This document shows, piece after piece, positions 57,746 to 64,000 of a stretch of 64,000 nt of DNA. The DNA comes from Prevotellaceae bacterium UBA3849 (GTDB lineage: Bacteria; Bacteroidota; Bacteroidia; Bacteroidales; Bacteroidaceae). The notes beneath the pieces are model-generated. The model was not told the DNA's origin, ran no database searches, and worked only from the letters and a program-made list of their open reading frames with translations. The position numbers and the translations under genes are program-made. The DNA is taken from NCBI GenBank assembly GCA_002392645.1, contig DGHL01000040.1, forward strand, positions 17,906 to 81,905, in the 5' to 3' direction. Numbering within the stretch: the stretch's first letter is position 1; each line of letters begins with the position of its first letter.

Positions 57746-59629
57746 ATGAAGTACAATAATAAAATAGGTATGATGATAGTAGCAGGCGGAATGCTTGCTG
57801 CTACCTCATGCTCCGATTTCTCAGACTACAATACTGCTCCAGATGACTTCGGTATGACTGGTGGCAAGACATTGTGGCAGAATATCAGTGAGATCAATAA
57901 TTTGTCAAAGTTCGCAGAGATTGTGGAGAAGGTAGGCTTCAAGTCTAATTTGGATGCTCCTACATTCTACACTTTGTTTGCACCGCAGGATGGTACTTAC
58001 AATGCCGACTCTGTATTACAGATATTGGAGTCAGGCCTGCCAGAGGACACTGCAATCGTGCTGAAGGAGTTCGTAAAACAGCATGTGGTACAGTTCAACC
58101 ATCCTCTCAACGCAGCATTAGAGGAGTCAACACTTTTGTCACTCAATGCTAAGACTCATGCCTTTTCACCATTGCATTATGGCGATGCTACTTTCACCAA
58201 CAATGTCAACATTCCTGCAAGTAACGGTGTGATACATATCACCAATGGTAATGAGGGCTTCTATACCAACATATACGAGTATCTTGACAAGATAGAAGGT
58301 TGCGACTTGTTCCGTGACTATGTCAAGAAGTATGACGAACAGTATATTGATGAGTCAAACTCAGTGATGGGTCCTATCGTAAATGGCGTACAGAGCTATG
58401 AGTACATAGAGTATGCTCACCGCAACTCTGTAATAAATGGCATATTACGTGCGCAGCTTGAGAATGAGGACAGTTTATACACTATGCTGTTCCCAAATGA
58501 CAAGGCATGGACCAACTCATATAACAGGATACACAAAGACTACAAGTATCTGAAGAAGATGAGTTACACAGACCTGACAGCTACGACGGTTGCCGGCGCT
58601 TCAATGAAGGTGACCGATGGTAAGGCTGATATTACGGTAACTTCAGATCCCGCTTACCTTACCGACTCATTGACAAAGAAAATGATGATTTCTGATCTGG
58701 CATTTTCACACGGCTATCCATGTAACGACGTACTGCTCTCTGGAGGTGGTACGAAGGTTGATAGTGTCTTCAGTACTACCAGAGACTTTTTGGTAAGTGC
58801 CAAGGACATAGAGGATCATACCTTGGAGAAATATCGTATGTCAAACGGTTTCGTAAGACTTACGGACTCTATACCATTCCAGCCATGGCAGACTTTTGAG
58901 CCTATTATTACAACCACCAGACGCGTACGTGTGTTGAATGGTGCAGGTGGTACGTTCTCAATTGCAAAGGAAAAATTCAAGAAGGGTGGCGAACGTGATA
59001 CTCTGTTTAAGTATGTCCCTGATTATTTCTATGATCGCATTCTTGGTGAGAAGAGTGGTGACTCAAAGTACTTCACGTTTACGACCACACAAAGTACCAC
59101 ACAGTCCTCAATACCAGAGTTGGATTTCGCTATAGCGAGAGAACAGGGTGATAAGTATATCAGTAACGTTCTTTCAACGACATATCATATATATGTGTTG
59201 ACTATTCCTAACCAGATATTGGATAATGTAGAAGAAGGCATAATCACTAAGCAGAAACCATACTATCTCAGTTTCTACCTTAACTATACCGACTCAACAG
59301 AGAGTGGTGACCCAGTGATAAAGCATCAGCAGCTGTTCCTTAGCGAGAATGCTGACCCATCATGGGGACCAAAGGAGGTAACAGAGAGTAAGGTTCGCCA
59401 CATCGTGACAGAGCCAGGCTATGCCCAGGTGATCGATCTTGGTGAGTTTACTTTCCCGGTATCATACTATGGTACGGAGGCTTGCCCAAGTCTTATGATG
59501 TGTCACACACAGAAGTTTAATACATCTACGAAGCGTAACTCGTATGAGCATGAGCTGCGTGTTGCTGGAGTCTATCTGGTTCCTGTAGAGGCAAACGATT
59601 ACTTCATTACAAAGTCAGATAAGGAATGA
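57746..59629 (+). CDS. Fasciclin-domain lipoprotein
   Basis: Lipobox ATSC; YTLFAP, ASNGVIH and YTMLFPNDKAW motifs. Confidence 0.78.
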   Translation: MKYNNKIGMMIVAGGMLAATSCSDFSDYNTAPDDFGMTGGKTLWQNISEINNLSKFAEIVEKVGFKSNLDAPTFYTLFAPQDGTYNADSVLQILESGLPEDTAIVLKEFVKQHVVQFNHPLNAALEESTLLSLNAKTHAFSPLHYGDATFTNNVNIPASNGVIHITNGNEGFYTNIYEYLDKIEGCDLFRDYVKKYDEQYIDESNSVMGPIVNGVQSYEYIEYAHRNSVINGILRAQLENEDSLYTMLFPNDKAWTNSYNRIHKDYKYLKKMSYTDLTATTVAGASMKVTDGKADITVTSDPAYLTDSLTKKMMISDLAFSHGYPCNDVLLSGGGTKVDSVFSTTRDFLVSAKDIEDHTLEKYRMSNGFVRLTDSIPFQPWQTFEPIITTTRRVRVLNGAGGTFSIAKEKFKKGGERDTLFKYVPDYFYDRILGEKSGDSKYFTFTTTQSTTQSSIPELDFAIAREQGDKYISNVLSTTYHIYVLTIPNQILDNVEEGIITKQKPYYLSFYLNYTDSTESGDPVIKHQQLFLSENADPSWGPKEVTESKVRHIVTEPGYAQVIDLGEFTFPVSYYGTEACPSLMMCHTQKFNTSTKRNSYEHELRVAGVYLVPVEANDYFITKSDKE

Positions 59630-59660
59630 AGATATTAACAAAGAATAACGAAGAATAGTT

Positions 59661-62600
59661 ATGAAGAGCAATATATATGACATTATGCAGCGCTTGGGCC
59701 AGAGGCTTCTGCTCTGCTTTATAGCAACTACATTGTCATGCGCGGTTTATGCTCAGGATGAATCGGATGATTCTTTTGCGGAAGAAGAAGCACCAACCCT
59801 GAAACAGCCGAAGCGTAAGACCGCTGTGGACAATGTTCCTACATGTGAAATAAAAGGTATCGTAGTAGATGAGGCAAACGGACAGCCACTTGCAGGTGTA
59901 CGCGTGCAGGCTACTGATGACAATCGTTTCACTGCTATGACGAATGCAACGGGTGAGTTCACCATAAAGGTGCCAACATATACTACATCTTTATATGTAC
60001 AGGCTCCACGTCACATGTCACAGCATGTAGGTATCAATGCTGCCGACGAAAAACAGACGGTAAAGGTATCAATGTTGTCAGACAACTTCCGTCCAATGTA
60101 TGATGAGAAAACGATTTACACATCTCAGAATACATTTACCGCTATCGGCAACAGACTTTCAATAGATGATGAGATAGGTGCGAAACTCGGTGGTGACATA
60201 CGTACAATCATGCGCAATGGTAACGAGGAGCAGGGTGCCATGATGCTTATACGTGGTATCAATTCCATTAATGCCAACTCACAGCCATTGGTTATTCTTG
60301 ATGGTGTAGAGCTGGACATGCAGCGTAACCGCAACTCACTTCACCTGGGAGACTATTTCAATATCCTGTCAGCCATTTCACCAGAGGATATAGAAAAGGT
60401 GACAGTGGTAAAGAATGCTACGGCATTGTATGGTGCACGTGGTGCCAATGGCGTAATCCTGATTGAGACAAAGCGTGGTCATTCAATGGCTACACGCATT
60501 GACTTCAAGGCTTCTGCCGGCATTACGACAATACCTTCACTGCCTACTGTTATGAATGCAAGTCAGTATCGTAACTATATCGTAGAGCAGCTCGGTACAG
60601 TGCCTGCGGTTCAGGATTATATGACAAATACGGGAAAACTGATGTCTTTCCGTTTCCTCAATGACGACAAGTCTGGTTACTTCTACAACATGTATCATAA
60701 TGATACAAAGTGGACTGATGACGTATATCGTACTGCTGTAACACAGAACTATAGTATAAACGTGCAGGGTGGTGATGATATAGGTATGTATCACCTTTCA
60801 GTTGGTTACAGTTCAATAGACAAGAACATCAAGGAAACTTCCTTTGACCGTATCAACGTACGTTTCAATACAGACATCAGTCTGCTTGAGAACCTCAGCA
60901 CGAAGTTTGACATGTCGTTCTCTCGTACAAACACATATTTGTTTGATGACGGCTTTGCAGAGGATATGTCACTCAGTACAGTGACATCACCTACACAGAT
61001 GGCATTGATAAAGAGCCCATTGCTCAACGCATATCAGTACAATCACTATGTAGGCGGCTTCACATCATTGCTCAGTGAGGCTGATGACCTCTTCACTTCA
61101 CTCGACTCTTACAAGTATTCTTTAGGTAACCCAGTTGCTTTGATAGAGAAAGGTAATGGCGAGCGTAAGAACAAGAATGAGAATACATTCTTCAACGTAG
61201 CTATTGCTCCTACATGGAACATCCTGCCAAACCTCTCTGCAACTACGCACTTCAGTTACTACCTGAACCGTAACGCACAGGCATATTATCGTCCACTTGG
61301 AGGTATGCCATCGTTCTATGTGGAGAACCTGGGCCGAGTATATAGCAAAGTTGCGTCTGTCTTCTCTAAGGAGACAAACATCATAAGCAATACTCACATA
61401 GACTGGAATAAGAAGTATGGTGCAAATGACCTGGCTGTAATGGGAGGTTTCCGCTATACATATTTCTCTTACGATGACAGTGAGTTGAGCACTCAGTATG
61501 TTACAAGTACCGGTAATGACAAGAACCCTACGATGAATGTAGCTCATCGCTCAGACATCACAGGTCATAGTGACGTATGGAAGAACATGCAGTGGTATGC
61601 AAGTGCAGACTATAGCTATGCAAATCGTTTCTATGCAACACTGTCACTCTTGTTGGAGGCAAACAGCCGTTTCGGTGACAATGTGAGCAGCAAGGCAAGT
61701 ATAGGTCTTGCAGGTGTGCGCTGGGCTATCTTCCCAAGTGCCCAGATTGGATGGGTTATGTCTAATGAGAAGTGGTTCCCAAAGAACTTCTTCGTTAACT
61801 ACCTGAAGGTATTTGGTGGCTTTGATGTAAGCGGAAATGATGATATTTCTAACTATGCTGCACGTTCATCTTATTCTACCGTTCGTTATAATAATGACCA
61901 GATAGGTGTTAAGATCAGCAACGTAGGTAATGACCTCATCAAGTGGGAGACCACTCTGAAGTACAATGCAGGCTTCAAGGCTAATATGTTTAACAACCGT
62001 CTGAGTCTCGGCGTAGATGCTTATTATCATAGAACAAAAGACTTGTTGTCACTAAAGAGCTTCGACAATCCAATCGGTGGTATCAACAACTATTGGATTA
62101 ATGACGGAAGCCTTGACAACTACGGTGTAGAGTTAGCTTTCAGCGGCAAGCCTATTGAGAAGAAGAATCTTCACCTGGAGATAGGTGCAACAATGGGTTC
62201 ATACAAAAACAGGGTAGGCAAGCTTACCGATGGTGAGTTCACTACATCTGTATATGGCGACAACAATATCCTGACAAAAGAAGGCTATTCTGCAGGAGTA
62301 TTCTATGGCTACCAGACAGCAGACCATGTGTTCAGCACAGAGGCAGAGGCTGCTACGGCTTATAATGGCACAGACTATCTGAAGTATAAGGATGCTACTG
62401 GTGCAGACTATACCTTCAATGCAGGTGACGTGCATTTCATAGATCAGAATGGCGATGGCTATATCGATGAGCAGGACAAGGTCGTAATAGGTAATCCGAA
62501 CCCTGACATCTATGGTAACATCTTCGCAACCCTGACATGGAAGAGATTTACCTTCAACATGTCATTCAACTACAGTGTAGGAAATGACGTATATAACTAC

Positions 62601-62999
62601 CAGCGTTACATCCTGAACTCAGGAGCTTCTCTTTACAACCAGCAGGTTGCAGAGATAGGACACTGGCGTTATGAGGGTCAGATAACAGATATCCCACGTT
62701 TGGCATTTAATGATCCAAAGTTAAACAACCGCTTCTCTGACCGTTGGATAGAGGATGGATCATATCTGCGTATGAAGACACTGAGCGTAGCTTACCAGAT
62801 TCCGGTTCCTGAGTCATGGCAGTCATGGTTGCAGGGAGTATCAGTATGGGGTGAAGCACGTAACCTCTTTACATTGACTAAATATACAGGCAATGATCCT
62901 GAGTTCAGTGTGGGTAACAGTGTACTCTATCAGGGAGTTGACTGCGGCAATATAGCACAGAGTCGCTCATTTATACTTGGTGTGAAGATTAACTTATAA
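59661..62999 (+). CDS. susC: Second SusC/RagA TonB-dependent transporter
   Basis: KNATALYGARGANGVILIETKRG plug, KWETT and EDGSYLR motifs, and a C-terminal beta-strand. Confidence 0.95.
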   Translation: MKSNIYDIMQRLGQRLLLCFIATTLSCAVYAQDESDDSFAEEEAPTLKQPKRKTAVDNVPTCEIKGIVVDEANGQPLAGVRVQATDDNRFTAMTNATGEFTIKVPTYTTSLYVQAPRHMSQHVGINAADEKQTVKVSMLSDNFRPMYDEKTIYTSQNTFTAIGNRLSIDDEIGAKLGGDIRTIMRNGNEEQGAMMLIRGINSINANSQPLVILDGVELDMQRNRNSLHLGDYFNILSAISPEDIEKVTVVKNATALYGARGANGVILIETKRGHSMATRIDFKASAGITTIPSLPTVMNASQYRNYIVEQLGTVPAVQDYMTNTGKLMSFRFLNDDKSGYFYNMYHNDTKWTDDVYRTAVTQNYSINVQGGDDIGMYHLSVGYSSIDKNIKETSFDRINVRFNTDISLLENLSTKFDMSFSRTNTYLFDDGFAEDMSLSTVTSPTQMALIKSPLLNAYQYNHYVGGFTSLLSEADDLFTSLDSYKYSLGNPVALIEKGNGERKNKNENTFFNVAIAPTWNILPNLSATTHFSYYLNRNAQAYYRPLGGMPSFYVENLGRVYSKVASVFSKETNIISNTHIDWNKKYGANDLAVMGGFRYTYFSYDDSELSTQYVTSTGNDKNPTMNVAHRSDITGHSDVWKNMQWYASADYSYANRFYATLSLLLEANSRFGDNVSSKASIGLAGVRWAIFPSAQIGWVMSNEKWFPKNFFVNYLKVFGGFDVSGNDDISNYAARSSYSTVRYNNDQIGVKISNVGNDLIKWETTLKYNAGFKANMFNNRLSLGVDAYYHRTKDLLSLKSFDNPIGGINNYWINDGSLDNYGVELAFSGKPIEKKNLHLEIGATMGSYKNRVGKLTDGEFTTSVYGDNNILTKEGYSAGVFYGYQTADHVFSTEAEAATAYNGTDYLKYKDATGADYTFNAGDVHFIDQNGDGYIDEQDKVVIGNPNPDIYGNIFATLTWKRFTFNMSFNYSVGNDVYNYQRYILNSGASLYNQQVAEIGHWRYEGQITDIPRLAFNDPKLNNRFSDRWIEDGSYLRMKTLSVAYQIPVPESWQSWLQGVSVWGEARNLFTLTKYTGNDPEFSVGNSVLYQGVDCGNIAQSRSFILGVKINL

Positions 63000-63015
63000 A
63001 CCAAAGATTTGCACA

Positions 63016-64000
63016 ATGAAAAAAATATTATATACATTATTTGCAGCCGTTGGGCTAATGAGCGCGGTCTCTTGTTCTGACATGCTTGAGACCGAAAGTA
63101 ACAGTCAGTTGTATGATCCTTCGCTGTCACAGAAGACTGACTCCGTATTCTATGCATACGGCATACTTCAGGCAATGCAGCAGCTTGCTGACCAGTATTA
63201 TTTCCAGAACGAACTTCGTGGTGATCTGGTCAAGACAACAGTATATGCTACGACAGACTTGCGTGCCATGTCAAACTTTGAGGCAGATGCAAGCAATAAA
63301 TATGACAGTGTTTATCAGTACTATCAGGTCATAAACAACTGTAACTATTATCTGAAGCATCGTAAGACTGACCTTGTGACAGGTTCGCAGTATGTAGCAA
63401 TGAACGAATATATTGCCGTAGCGGCAATACGTGCATGGACTTACCTGCAATTAGTTCGTCAGTATGGTGACGTGCCATACGTTACAGAGCCAGTGATGAC
63501 GATTTCTGATATTAACTCTCAGCAGCAGACCACTTCTGCAAGTGTTATTCTTGCAGAGGAGGCAGCATATCTTGAGAAGTTAAAATCAGAGTGGGGACCA
63601 GAATACCAGTCTGTTCCTACATTTGGCAAGACAAGTGTGGAAATAGGTGGTAATGGTTCAAGGAGTAAGAAGATTCGTCCATCAAAGTGCTTCCTGCCTA
63701 TAAACCTTGTCTTGGGTGATTTGTATCTTGAAAACGGAAATTACAGTAAGTCTGTAGAGTCATACTATGATTACCTTAAATACAATGCATCTGAGACAGA
63801 AGTGAAAACGATGGTATGCCTCAATCCGTTAGGGACATATGATGATAGGAAAGAAATAGTGGCGCCGAGTGATTATTATAGGTCCCTTCCTACATCATTC
63901 ACGTCTATATTAATGTGGAATAATATATTTAGGTCAAATGAGGCTCCGGAAGATGTCATAAGCTACATACCAATGGCAACTAGTATGTTGCAGGGTCAGA
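63016..64000 (+). CDS. susD: Second SusD/RagB lipoprotein, truncated by the window end
   Basis: Hand translation MKKILYTLFAAVGLMSAVSC-SDML...YYQVINNCNYY...IRAWTYLQLVRQYGDVP; missing from the ORF track because it has no stop in the window. Confidence 0.9.
   Translation, partial: MKKILYTLFAAVGLMSAVSCSDMLETESNSQLYDPSLSQKTDSVFYAYGILQAMQQLADQYYFQNELRGDLVKTTVYATTDLRAMSNFEADASNKYDSVYQYYQVINNCNYYLKHRKTDLVTGSQYVAMNEYIAVAAIRAWTYLQLVRQYGDVPYVTEPVMTISDINSQQQTTSASVILAEEAAYLEKLKSEWGPEYQSVPTFGKTSVEIGGNGSRSKKIRPSKCFLPINLVLGDLYLENGNYSKSVESYYDYLKYNASETEVKTMVCLNPLGTYDDRKEIVAPSDYYRSLPTSFTSILMWNNIFRSNEAPEDVISYIPMATSMLQGQ

Noticed and set aside
63086-63334. 82-aa ORF
   Set aside because: It is an out-of-frame shadow within the truncated second susD that starts at 63016.

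Overview
This is a Bacteroidota window, most likely Prevotellaceae, judged from TAnnTTTG promoters, SusC/SusD pairs and gene order. Bases 1-10.6 kb are accessory: an acyltransferase fragment, a phosphoethanolamine transferase, a Cthe_2159-type beta-helix protein, an AT-rich orphan Zn-phospholipase-C-like gene, and a HipBA module bracketed by a perfect 30-bp direct repeat. Bases 10.7-35.1 kb are mostly minus-strand housekeeping genes: a pheA-aminotransferase-DAHP synthase/chorismate mutase-tyrA operon with a Phe/Tyr leader-peptide attenuator, peptidases, apbE, SRP RNA with tRNA-Thr, glmM, nrnA, thiL, punA, lpxK and sppA. Bases 35.3-64 kb are a plus-strand rhamnogalacturonan-I-type polysaccharide utilisation region: CE12 esterase, a giant PL11 lyase, three fasciclin lipoproteins and two SusC/SusD pairs. 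The most striking observation is at 36.7-46.3 kb, where two adjacent secreted proteins end in near-identical type-I dockerins. They are followed by a small gene that looks like a single cohesin fused to a T9SS-type C-terminal signal. This suggests a cellulosome-like cohesin-dockerin pectin-degrading module attached to a PUL, possibly with piggy-back secretion. Three dispersed 22-bp-period palindromic arrays and a family of heptamer/REP-like intergenic elements also recur. All family assignments come from motif recognition by eye; no database searches were run.
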